A DNA stretch of 64,000 bases from a virus (taxonomy: Duplodnaviria; Caudoviricetes). Positions 39,578 to 48,243 of this stretch are shown here, in pieces (the first letter of the stretch is position 1; each line of letters opens with the position of its first letter). The stretch lies in the IMG/VR virus record IMGVR_UViG_3300036802_000003, positions 1-64,000 of that record; one strand, written 5' to 3'. Position numbers and translations under genes: made by a program. The notes under the pieces are model-generated. The model was not told the origin of the DNA, did not search any database, and saw nothing but the letters and a program-made list of their open reading frames with translations.

Positions 39578-40222
39578 TTGAATATGTCTAATCTATGTAG
39601 AAACGGTGAAGCACTTAAATTATCTTGGGACGCAGTAGTTAAGCAGTTTAACAACTTAGTGAAGTATGCAGCTAGACAAAAAGCACAGAACAGTACATTA
39701 GACGGTATGTTGTCGGCAGAAGACCTCTATCAAGAGGGCATGATTAAGTTGTATGACTGCTGGGATAAGTGGTGCATGGGAGAGAACAAAGATATGGATG
39801 AATTTGCTCCTATCTTCCGTAAGTCTTTATACAGACAAATGGACAACAAAGGTGGAGGGAGCAAGTTTACCTACATAGACCTAGAAGATGCGTTTACAAA
39901 CATAGAGGACAGCCAAGGCTATGACGTAGTAGAAAGAATGTACCGAGATAATGGAATCACTAAGCTGAAAGATATGCTGAGTGAGATATCTAGGGACTTC
40001 CTAGAAGAGCTTATAGAACCAAGCGAGGCTACATTATTCCAGGTATGGGCTGATACTGCTCGTAAGAACATGCTTAAATCACAAGGAAAACGTATTAACA
40101 TCCCTAAGGACACAACAGTAAGAATGAAGCACATACAGAGAGCCTTAGGGTTAACAGGTAAGCAGTATGACAACGTAATGCAAGAGATTAGAGAGAAAGC
40201 ACCGTTAGCATTACAGTACTAG
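39578..40222 (+). CDS. Phage RNA polymerase sigma factor
   Basis: Region 2: LVKYAA...AEDLYQEGMIKL...F; TTG start with GGGGGA RBS. Confidence 0.8.
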   Translation: MNMSNLCRNGEALKLSWDAVVKQFNNLVKYAARQKAQNSTLDGMLSAEDLYQEGMIKLYDCWDKWCMGENKDMDEFAPIFRKSLYRQMDNKGGGSKFTYIDLEDAFTNIEDSQGYDVVERMYRDNGITKLKDMLSEISRDFLEELIEPSEATLFQVWADTARKNMLKSQGKRINIPKDTTVRMKHIQRALGLTGKQYDNVMQEIREKAPLALQY

Positions 40223-40302
40223 GGAGATAGCAGTTTAGGAGAAAAAATCAAATAAATCACTTCTTTTATAAGTGATTACATCTGAATGGGGGAAATGTAG
40301 TT

Positions 40303-40770
40303 ATGAGTTTCTTTGGAAATATTGATTCTAAATTATTAGACGCATTACAAGAGAGTACGTGTTTTGGTATCGCACACGATGAAAGTGTACCTGAATGTCA
40401 GAAGTGTGATGTACGAGGACAGTGTAAAGCACGCATGGAGGGGGCTAATATCCCAACCCCACGTAAGAAAGAGAAGAAGGTTGTAGAAACTCCTAAGGAG
40501 ACTAAACCAGCAACTAAGACCGCACCAAAGTCGGACAAGCCTTCTACTGGTAGCACAGGAACAGTTAAGAAAACTACTCCTGCTAAACCTAAAGCAGAAG
40601 CTAAGAAAGACCCTGTTCAATATTCATCTGATATGCCAGACTTCAAGCCTATGAGCTTTGAGGCACTGAAGGAATTAGCTACAGAGCGTAACGTTGAATG
40701 GAAAGACTACAGTAATGATTCTATCACACGTATGCGTTTGATTATGAATCTTAAGAAATCGTACCAGTAA
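40303..40770 (+). CDS. Hypothetical protein: Cys cluster + Lys/Pro/Thr linker + HeH-like C-terminus
   Basis: CFG...ECQKC....QC; C-terminal ITRMRLIMNLKK. Confidence 0.65.
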   Translation: MSFFGNIDSKLLDALQESTCFGIAHDESVPECQKCDVRGQCKARMEGANIPTPRKKEKKVVETPKETKPATKTAPKSDKPSTGSTGTVKKTTPAKPKAEAKKDPVQYSSDMPDFKPMSFEALKELATERNVEWKDYSNDSITRMRLIMNLKKSYQ

Positions 40771-40830
40771 TATAAAAGGGTGTGCCATTGCAGGGTACAC
40801 CCTTTCATTAAGTTTCAGGAGGTAAGACAT

Positions 40831-41679
40831 ATGAATAGTGATAATATTGTAAGGACTCCTATTGTCGTAAATAGAAGTCCTATATCTGTATCTTTTTGTC
40901 ACTGCTACAATCAAAAAATCGTTAAGCACAATGACCACGCATATGCGGTGTTGGGAGATAGTATGAGTGTAGGTGACCTTAAAGACTACCTAATGTTAGA
41001 GTTACCAAATCCTATATACTTCACTCACCTAGTAAGCAACTGGGAAGAGAAGATTAATCTAGTGCTGGATAACAATACACCAGTGATTCTAAAGACAGGA
41101 AAGGCGATACCTATCTATCTTGTTAAGAAGATGGGGGAACAGAACCGCTCGACTTTGAGGGTTGTTATTAACTCTCTAGAGGACTCTGCACGAAAGTTGG
41201 TACAGCAGGAGTCCTCCGAGATGAAAGACATCAGGGAGATGATGTTTGTAGCAAAAGCGTGGAAAGTTTTCGTGTCGTGTCACGTAGATTACTTCCCTCA
41301 TATAATGAAGCCATTAGACTTATTGCAACTGGTGGAGATGAATAAAAGCTTGGTATCCTCTATTACGATAGACTTCCCAGCCTTTACAACGGAATTCTTA
41401 GAAGCAATGGTAGACCGATGGCAGATGATTAACCCACACTTTATGGAACATATCCAAAAGTACTATTTAAAAGATGAACACGGTATATATCAGCCTAGAT
41501 GTAAGGCTGAGACACTGTCTAAACTAGATAACTTTGTCAAGGGTAGACGTGTTAATATCATAGACCTTCCAGATCACAACGTTACAGAGTATCATACTGA
41601 AGAGCCACCATTTGGTATATCTTATGATAATCATGAACCAGTTACTTGTGGTAAATGTGGGAGACTTTTATATGCATAA
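40831..41679 (+). CDS. Degenerate radical-SAM/SPL-like fold protein
   Basis: Start at ATG 40831 after AGGAGG; FCHCY, VILKT, VVINSLEDSARKLVQ resemble the SPL-like radical SAM family but the full CxxxCxxC motif is missing. Confidence 0.45.
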   Translation: MNSDNIVRTPIVVNRSPISVSFCHCYNQKIVKHNDHAYAVLGDSMSVGDLKDYLMLELPNPIYFTHLVSNWEEKINLVLDNNTPVILKTGKAIPIYLVKKMGEQNRSTLRVVINSLEDSARKLVQQESSEMKDIREMMFVAKAWKVFVSCHVDYFPHIMKPLDLLQLVEMNKSLVSSITIDFPAFTTEFLEAMVDRWQMINPHFMEHIQKYYLKDEHGIYQPRCKAETLSKLDNFVKGRRVNIIDLPDHNVTEYHTEEPPFGISYDNHEPVTCGKCGRLLYA

Positions 41680-41680
41680 C

Positions 41681-41710
41681 AAAAAGGTAGCCCATTACAG
41701 GCTACCTTTT
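41681..41710. terminator. Bidirectional terminator between convergent genes
   Basis: AAAAAGGTAGCC/GGCTACCTTTT. Confidence 0.8.
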
Positions 41711-42546
41711 AATATTGAATTTATTATGCTTGTGAAGTCCTCATGTGTACCGCTCAAGAATCTAACCATCGAGCCATGTGTATAGTGCCTCATCTCATTT
41801 ACCCTTTTGGTAAATCCATTCTTAGTTAACAGTAGAACACGTGGAAACGTAGGATTCTTGAACACCCTTGCCCATTCCTTTTTAGCCCACTGTTTGGACA
41901 CATAGTAATCTTTGTAATTGTCAATCTTGTTCTTGATAACTGGTAACCTCTCCGTACCCATGTCGACCTCAATGCAGAATCCATATCCTTTACCCTTACA
42001 CTTAAATATGCAAACAATGTCGGGCTTAATGTAACTGTCATTAAAGTGGCACTTCTCTTCCGTCTCATAATATATCATCTCTCCCCCTAGTTCTCTAAGA
42101 ACTTCCTGTATCAAGCATTCACACTCATTAATGGCAACTCTGTGGTGAAACCCATCTACTAGTGTTCGCTGACCAGAAGAGTCATACTTGATTGGCTTGC
42201 TATATCGTTCTATATCCAGCAAGATTATTCCTGCCCTATCAATACATATGTGCTGTTGAGCACTTCCCTGCCCTAAAGGTACAGGAGGAACTATTCTATC
42301 TATCACATGCTTGTTGAACAGTATCTTCAACCTATTGTTAAGCCTTTCGGTGCTAGCAAATTCTGGGTAAAGGCGTTGTATCTGGTTTCTCTTTAGCACC
42401 CTCTTATCAGCCAGTAATCTTAACAACCCCATATCCCTCTCTGTAATGTTGTTGCAGTTATTGTAAACCCACTCTTTGGTAATCTGCTTTACCTCTGGAC
42501 GCTTATAAATACCTTTCATATCAGCCTTCCTCCAGTCCATCATCAT
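41695..42546 (-). CDS. Replication-relaxation (Replic_Relax) family protein
   Basis: wHTH-like ITERD..LL..L...RL..L; H.VAINE; IKPD; IEVDMGTE....K...Y..Y; FPRVL. Confidence 0.85.
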   Translation of the reverse strand: MMMDWRKADMKGIYKRPEVKQITKEWVYNNCNNITERDMGLLRLLADKRVLKRNQIQRLYPEFASTERLNNRLKILFNKHVIDRIVPPVPLGQGSAQQHICIDRAGIILLDIERYSKPIKYDSSGQRTLVDGFHHRVAINECECLIQEVLRELGGEMIYYETEEKCHFNDSYIKPDIVCIFKCKGKGYGFCIEVDMGTERLPVIKNKIDNYKDYYVSKQWAKKEWARVFKNPTFPRVLLLTKNGFTKRVNEMRHYTHGSMVRFLSGTHEDFTSIINSILKGSL

Positions 42547-45256
42547 TTAATACTTCCTCTAGTAATTCCATTATTTCCTCTGCACCTTCTTCATCACCAT
42601 CCTCTAGTAGCTTAGTTACTAGTGCACCAGCATCCTTTTCTAGTGTACGCAATTCCTCTTCATGTTGTTCTCTACGCTCATCTTCATCAATCTCAATAGG
42701 GGTGTTTTTTGGTGGGGTTTTGCCCTTCTTGATGTCTTCCTCTACTAACTCGACACTGAACTCCGCATTGTTCTTGTATCGGAACAACTCATTCAGCACT
42801 TCCTGTTTCGGTCTTCCCATAAGCTTTGCATTCTCATCGTATAAGTCATTATTGTTATACTTCTTGTATCTCTTTTCAGGCTCATTAATAGCCTTAACCA
42901 TAAATGGAGGAGTAGCTTCACCCTTCTTATTGTACATCTTTAGCTTGACGATTGCATGATGCTTAGGCATACCCTTTGCTATTTGGTCTGCACTAAACTC
43001 TGGTTGAATAACAGACTCCAGTTCTTTCAAGTTATCTCTATCTGTTTGGAATACTACATAGTGTGGACCAGCCTTACGTATCATCTTAGGCAAGGACTTA
43101 TCCATAGCCTTTAACTGCTCCCACCCATGGAACATAAATGTTAGACCACAACGGTACTTTCTATAACGAGTTAACATATTTCTCCAACGCTCACTACCTT
43201 TGATATAATGGTCTGGCTCATCTAGTATAATGAAGCATGGCTTACGGTCATCCTCTTCCTCGATATCCTCCCTGCTAATGATGGCAAGGTTGAATTTAGA
43301 TATTAAGAAGGATACCAATGCAGTCTGGTTCTCTTCTCCTAATGTCTCATTAGCCTTGACTAATACTAGGCAACCCTCATCCATCCACTTTCTGAAGTCT
43401 ACTATATATTCACCATTCTCATCCTTTTTAGGCTTCTGAAGTATGAAACTCTTTAGAGCCTTCTTACGCATTACAACCGCTAAACGTCTGAATGCTTGTT
43501 CATATATAGCTTTTCTGTCCTCTTTAGACATCTTCTCATGGAAGTACTCCCAATCACTACGCAACTCTGGGTCATCAATATGAGGAATAATGCTGGCACG
43601 GTACTCCGCATTACTCAGCATATTCTCTATATCCTGCAACGTTGCATCTGGAGTAGTGTATACTGCACGTACAGCATTCTCAACCCAGATTCTAGATGTC
43701 ATGCTTAACTCCGTACCTGCAACTAACTCAACGTATGACAGAATCTCTTCAGTAATTAAATCCTCAATAACATCAGCATTTCTACCTCTAAATATCTCAT
43801 TCCATCCTAACCCTACTGGGTTCTCTGAATTTAAGAAATCTATTATCTTTACCTTATGTCTCTTCTCTGGTGGAACTAGATTCAGTATCCTCTGTGCTAA
43901 CTTACCATCTGCCGCATCTACTACCATAGACCCATAACCTTTCTCCAGTGCATCTAGTGCAAAGCTAGCTGCAAAGGTAGACTTACCGCTACCTGGCTCT
44001 CCTATGACCACACGTGACATACACAGTAGGTTAGGGTTATCTCCTGCGAAGTATACTGTCTTAGTTTCACCATCTGTGTCCTCATATGTCGCAAACGGTA
44101 TACCCTTACCATCATCCTCAAATATTTCCTTAGGAATATCTGCTGAACTTCTATGCTGAACAGTATCTAGCTCATTTTGGTGCTCCATTTGTAGTACTTG
44201 GTCTGGTACCTGTATAATCTTAGCTAACTCTAGGGAGCATAGCTCATCTCCATTCATCTTAACAACCATCTTACGGTCTCTAATATTCTTGAGGGCTTTA
44301 ATTTTGTCTCTACCCTCTACTTCTTTCGCCACTAGTTTGTTATCCCCTTCTAAAGGGTGGAAACCTGCTGTAAGGCTTCTCGTGATAGCTCTACGTCTAT
44401 CTTCATCATCAGATATAGCTATTGCATTAAAGTTAATCTTGAACCCCTCACTATACTTCTTACGTAGTGAGGATTTAGAACGTCCCTCATGTGCCTTTCG
44501 CTTTAGCGACTCTCTAAATTCAGTATTCATCTCCCATCCAGGTATGAGGAAATCTCCTACTATGTTCATAAGTTCTTCAAGAACAAGACCCATGACGTTA
44601 GCCAAGCCCACCAAGACGTTTTTTGATGTAAACATCGTACCTTTTTTCTTAGGGATGACGTTCTTCTCCTTGATATTTTCACCAATCCCAACCATAGTCT
44701 CATTCCAAGACTCACCAAGCGGTCTCATCCCTAGTTGTAGTATCGCATAATCCTCATCCTTGAGATAGTTTGTAGTCGTCAGGATAGAGTCAAGTGGGGT
44801 ATACTTAGGGTTCTCCATGTCCAAGGCTAGTGCTGGGTGATTCTGCAAGGACATTTTGGTAACACTAGTATTGTCCATGTGAAGGTTAGGCAGAGGGTCT
44901 TTCACCTCCCTCACCGTAGAACGTTTCCAGCATCTTCTTATCTGCCTAGTAAGTGCATCCTTTAAATGGTCTTTATCAGGTATAACCAAATAGAACTTTA
45001 CCTGACCTTTGTGTATGACCACTTCCCACCATATATTCATCTCTGGAGTGTATATAAGTCTACCACCTCCAAAGTTTATACGCTTGTTTAGTGGAGTAAA
45101 CAATGTTGCAAACTCTGTTATAAGCCATCTAACCCCTGCATTGGACGTCATCTTACTAGGAATAACCTCCAGTGTCACATACTGTATTTCCTCTTTCTCT
45201 ACTAAACGTATCTTCTCCTTAGTAGTTGGATTAACAATATTAACCTCTGGTTGCAT
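42521..45256 (-). CDS. VirD4/VirB4/HerA-like DNA-translocating ATPase (911 aa)
   Basis: Walker A VIGEPGSGKST, VVDAADG, Walker B FIILDEPD, RKYR.GL...H; large N-terminal domain with a hydrophobic segment. Confidence 0.82.
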   Translation of the reverse strand: MQPEVNIVNPTTKEKIRLVEKEEIQYVTLEVIPSKMTSNAGVRWLITEFATLFTPLNKRINFGGGRLIYTPEMNIWWEVVIHKGQVKFYLVIPDKDHLKDALTRQIRRCWKRSTVREVKDPLPNLHMDNTSVTKMSLQNHPALALDMENPKYTPLDSILTTTNYLKDEDYAILQLGMRPLGESWNETMVGIGENIKEKNVIPKKKGTMFTSKNVLVGLANVMGLVLEELMNIVGDFLIPGWEMNTEFRESLKRKAHEGRSKSSLRKKYSEGFKINFNAIAISDDEDRRRAITRSLTAGFHPLEGDNKLVAKEVEGRDKIKALKNIRDRKMVVKMNGDELCSLELAKIIQVPDQVLQMEHQNELDTVQHRSSADIPKEIFEDDGKGIPFATYEDTDGETKTVYFAGDNPNLLCMSRVVIGEPGSGKSTFAASFALDALEKGYGSMVVDAADGKLAQRILNLVPPEKRHKVKIIDFLNSENPVGLGWNEIFRGRNADVIEDLITEEILSYVELVAGTELSMTSRIWVENAVRAVYTTPDATLQDIENMLSNAEYRASIIPHIDDPELRSDWEYFHEKMSKEDRKAIYEQAFRRLAVVMRKKALKSFILQKPKKDENGEYIVDFRKWMDEGCLVLVKANETLGEENQTALVSFLISKFNLAIISREDIEEEDDRKPCFIILDEPDHYIKGSERWRNMLTRYRKYRCGLTFMFHGWEQLKAMDKSLPKMIRKAGPHYVVFQTDRDNLKELESVIQPEFSADQIAKGMPKHHAIVKLKMYNKKGEATPPFMVKAINEPEKRYKKYNNNDLYDENAKLMGRPKQEVLNELFRYKNNAEFSVELVEEDIKKGKTPPKNTPIEIDEDERREQHEEELRTLEKDAGALVTKLLEDGDEEGAEEIMELLEEVLNDDGLEEG

Positions 45257-45267
45257 CTTAATCCCTC

Positions 45268-45468
45268 CTATTTAAACCATCCTTGCATAAATTCTGGTAA
45301 CACGTACATCATCTCTTCCCTAGCCTTCTCACCTATAGACTCAAACGTTGCATCAAAGATACCACCCATTATACCACCAATGAACTTTAGACCATTCCCA
45401 GATAGCTCTGGTACTGCTAGAGACACCACCACATATATACAAGAGTATGCTAACTTCCTTATCTCCAT
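45268..45468 (-). CDS. Small membrane protein (66 aa)
   Basis: Hydrophobic/GxxxG segments; RBS GGAGG. Confidence 0.65.
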   Translation of the reverse strand: MEIRKLAYSCIYVVVSLAVPELSGNGLKFIGGIMGGIFDATFESIGEKAREEMMYVLPEFMQGWFK

Positions 45469-45469
45469 A

Positions 45470-45613
45470 TTAGTGACCTCCCATCCACATACCCATCAGC
45501 ACTTTGACAGTCTTATATGCCACTTGATATGAGAATCCAGGAGCTATATACTCGATGGCTCCCATTATCAAGAGCGTCTTAGCTATACTTCCAACCAGCT
45601 TAACCCAGAACAT
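45470..45613 (-). CDS. Small membrane protein, 47 aa (MFWVKLVGSIAKTLLIMGAIEYIAPGFSYQVAYKTVKVLMGMWMGGH); not in the ORF track
   Basis: Translated by hand; RBS GGAGGT; 1-nt gaps to both neighbours. Confidence 0.7.
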   Translation of the reverse strand: MFWVKLVGSIAKTLLIMGAIEYIAPGFSYQVAYKTVKVLMGMWMGGH

Positions 45614-45614
45614 A

Positions 45615-45749
45615 TTATTGTACCTCCAAGAGTACTTCTACTGCCTTATTAACTGACCATGTTAACACCTTGATAGTCACCATACCTGCTGTAACCAACC
45701 CTGCACCAACAACATACAACACTTTATTGCTTACTGGTTTCTTTTCCAT
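45615..45749 (-). CDS. Small membrane protein, 44 aa (MEKKPVSNKVLYVVGAGLVTAGMVTIKVLTWSVNKAVEVLLEVQ); not in the ORF track
   Basis: Translated by hand; RBS AGGAGGGG; single TM segment. Confidence 0.7.
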   Translation of the reverse strand: MEKKPVSNKVLYVVGAGLVTAGMVTIKVLTWSVNKAVEVLLEVQ

Positions 45750-45760
45750 CTGAACCCCTC

Positions 45761-46141
45761 CTATTGAAATTGTTTAGTATTCATGCTTAAAGCTTTGTCT
45801 AGGTCTATCTCCTTGTCTTGCTGTACAAGTATCTTTGGCTTGGATTCTTTTATCTGAGGTGCAGGCTTCTTATCTGACACTGGGAGATGAGGTTTCTGAT
45901 GTGATACTTTTTTCTTAGTTTTACTAGGGTTCTCTGGTCTCTGATGTGATTTGATAGGAGTCTGTGACATTATCTCTGATGTGATGTTATCATATAACCT
46001 CTGTGACAGCTTTGGGTCATGCTCTACTGCAAATAGTACACACTCTCTGATAAATCTACTTCTATCCCTCATATCATCCAAGTGTGCTTCCAGCCATTCT
46101 GTAGACTTAGTTGTTCTGAATGTATACTGTTTATCAGCCAT
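45761..46141 (-). CDS. ParR-like ribbon-helix-helix adaptor
   Basis: QYTFRT strand + WLEAHLD...DRSRFIRECV helices, disordered tail; directly downstream of the actin-like ATPase. Confidence 0.7.
   Translation of the reverse strand: MADKQYTFRTTKSTEWLEAHLDDMRDRSRFIRECVLFAVEHDPKLSQRLYDNITSEIMSQTPIKSHQRPENPSKTKKKVSHQKPHLPVSDKKPAPQIKESKPKILVQQDKEIDLDKALSMNTKQFQ
45895..46008. repeat. Iteron-like repeats (TCTGATGTGAT x3, TCTGTGACA x2) inside the parR-like gene
   Basis: TCTGATGTGAT at 45895, 45940, 45975; TCTGTGACA at 45961, 46000. Confidence 0.7.
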
Positions 46142-46142
46142 A

Positions 46143-47180
46143 TCACACACCCCTAATCAGATTTCTAATACCCCATTTGTGATACCCCTTAGCTACTGCA
46201 AACTGACCATTCTGTGATAGTTCTGTGTTCGGAAAGTGGTCTTTCATATGAGGATATAGTGAAGCTCCTCCCCCACCAGCAAATATTATTTTATCTAGGA
46301 AGTTAATCTCATCCTTCCAGAAGTTATGCAGTCTGTTAGTGATGTCGTAGGCTACATTCTCGTAAGCCCAGTCTATTGTTGGAGCCATGTCATACACCTT
46401 AGTTCCAGACTTCAATACTCTGCTCTGTACTACATGCTCTGCTTTGTACAGTGGGAAGTTTACTCCTGTGTGGTCTAATATATTATCTGAGACAACTTGG
46501 TTTACCGAATTCATAGCAACGCTGAAGCTAGTAGTCAGATGCTCAATGTTATTGAAGACCTCACACACATAGATGTCTGTAGTTCCAAACCCTATATCAA
46601 CTACTGCTACCCTTGACTTAGCTAAGTTTGTATCTGCTATCTCACCTTTATCATCCAATATTCTGTCCATTAATGCTCCAAATGGTTGTGGTACGAATAG
46701 ACCTTTCCTACCCTTAACTGATCCATTTACTCTTATACCAGAGGACTCTATATTGTACTCATGCTTATTGTCCATAAACAGGCTCCTAATAGCTTCCTTG
46801 TATTCATCAAAGTGGCTAACTGGTAGACCTGATACAAAGTTAGTTTCCTTTGCTCCACCATTCATCCCTAGACCGAGGATAGTCCCTAATAATATCTTTG
46901 TAACCTCACTATCAAAGCGGTCACTCGTCAGAGAGTGTTTAACGATTCTAGATTGAGTTATTGCTAAGTCCGATACAAAGTGTACACCTTGTGAATCTCT
47001 GTATTCTATGTCGTCATGCTTTTTGTCTACCGCAAACGAGTCTGTTACACTCCTGTTGAAATCCTTTAGCTTTCTATCTTTCCCTACACCTACAACCGAC
47101 TTGATTATGATTGGCTTACCATTGATAATCCCTTTTGTATACATAAACCCTAAGTCAGCCACCGTAACTGCTTTACTCAT
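46143..47180 (-). CDS. parM: ParM/StbA-family actin-like segregation ATPase
   Basis: Phosphate-1 ADLGFMYTK, SGLPV, VPQPFGA, phosphate-2 VVDIGFGTTD, adenosine FAGGGG, AKGY; start at 47180 after AAGGGGG. Confidence 0.9.
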   Translation of the reverse strand: MSKAVTVADLGFMYTKGIINGKPIIIKSVVGVGKDRKLKDFNRSVTDSFAVDKKHDDIEYRDSQGVHFVSDLAITQSRIVKHSLTSDRFDSEVTKILLGTILGLGMNGGAKETNFVSGLPVSHFDEYKEAIRSLFMDNKHEYNIESSGIRVNGSVKGRKGLFVPQPFGALMDRILDDKGEIADTNLAKSRVAVVDIGFGTTDIYVCEVFNNIEHLTTSFSVAMNSVNQVVSDNILDHTGVNFPLYKAEHVVQSRVLKSGTKVYDMAPTIDWAYENVAYDITNRLHNFWKDEINFLDKIIFAGGGGASLYPHMKDHFPNTELSQNGQFAVAKGYHKWGIRNLIRGV

Positions 47181-47193
47181 ATCTGATTCCCCC

Positions 47194-47673
47194 TTAGAAA
47201 GATATAGATGAACGGATGATATTCGAAATCCAGCGTAGCATTTGGAACATAGTAGGTAACATTGAGATTCCAATATAAGCGTACCCTACGTTCTTAATTC
47301 TGTTCCATCCAGCATCCTTACTCTTACCTGTTGCCATCATGATAAACCCTATCAGAGCGTAGAACCAAAGTATTGGCTCTGCTATTGCAGTGAATATATC
47401 AACTATATCCATGAACCCTCTGCGTAGGTCGTTGGCATTTTGAGTAGCTGCAAATGCATGTGTAGCTCTCATCCCTAGTCTAGTAACGATTGCTGTAGGT
47501 AGAATCATCTCTCCGAACCATCTAACCAAGGACTTTCTACCCTGCTCTAGTTCTCCAGCATGTCGTGATTTATTTTCGTATTGAGGTTCTATGAAATCCC
47601 ACTTAATTACTTCTGGCTTCTTAACGTTGCTCACTTGAATGCCTTTACCCGTAGTTACCAATTGCGTCATCAT
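47194..47673 (-). CDS. VirB2/TrbC pilin-like membrane protein
   Basis: AHAFA-like cleavage site (THAFA|ATQ) then two TM helices with a GKSK.GW.RIK..G.Y loop; start at 47673 after GGAGGAG. Confidence 0.6.
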   Translation of the reverse strand: MMTQLVTTGKGIQVSNVKKPEVIKWDFIEPQYENKSRHAGELEQGRKSLVRWFGEMILPTAIVTRLGMRATHAFAATQNANDLRRGFMDIVDIFTAIAEPILWFYALIGFIMMATGKSKDAGWNRIKNVGYAYIGISMLPTMFQMLRWISNIIRSSISF

Positions 47674-47820
47674 AATCTCCTCCATACTCATTGATTTCCG
47701 CAACCCAGAGCGGAGACACCCCAAAGTAAGAAAAAATGTTTCGGTTTTGCTGGAGAGTGGGACACCTAGAGAATCAAAGGGTGTACTAGCATTGCCCCCT
47801 CATTACCAAAAAGTGACGGT

Positions 47821-47846
47821 GGGTCGTTTCGGGGGGTCGTTTCGGG
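47821..47846. repeat. Perfect 13-bp tandem repeat GGGTCGTTTCGGG x2
   Basis: 47821-47833 and 47834-47846; partial GTTTCGG at 47738. Confidence 0.8.
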
Positions 47847-47977
47847 TTTGCTTTAACTTTACGTTGGTCTAGCTTGTCACATTACTAGGGACGAGTTCAA
47901 TGCCATTGCTTCCTGCTAATACGGAAGAATATTCCTGTCGTGGATTGGGGAAATCTAAGTTCAGGGGGTGGCTATCA

Positions 47978-48079
47978 ATGGAAGAGAAGAAAGCACTAGG
48001 TGAACGTATCTTTGACTTTTCAATAAGAGGGCTTATAGTACTCTATTTCATAAAAGCGGCAGTGGAAGTATTTGGCTAG
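47978..48079 (+). CDS. 33-aa membrane peptide (MEEKKALGERIFDFSIRGLIVLYFIKAAVEVFG); not in the ORF track
   Basis: Translated by hand; RBS AGGGGGTG. Confidence 0.6.
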   Translation: MEEKKALGERIFDFSIRGLIVLYFIKAAVEVFG

Positions 48080-48109
48080 AACACCGAGGAATCCCCACGG
48101 AGGGGAGGG

Positions 48110-48243
48110 AAAAAAGAAAAAGGAAGAGAGAGCAACGCACTACGAACTGGCATAGTGAATAGTATAGGGAAGTGAAGATACCTCGATTTCATGACTCTGT
48201 AGCTGATTCCCTAGTTTCGTAGCTACCTTGTGTCTCTCTTTTA
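48110..48243 (-). ncRNA. Candidate structured small RNA (~130 nt rod)
   Basis: Nested helices 48124-31/48233-40, 48140-46/48216-22, 48165-71/48207-13; minus-strand TATAAT at 48250-55 just upstream; U tract right after the closing stem. Confidence 0.5.

Noticed and set aside
147-41000. Many 60-140 aa minus-strand and alternate-frame ORFs in the track
   Set aside because: They are shadows of long plus-strand genes and show no RBS or recognisable motifs
42702-47872. Plus-strand ORFs over the minus-strand operon
   Set aside because: Antisense shadows of the ATPase, parM, parR and pilin-like genes
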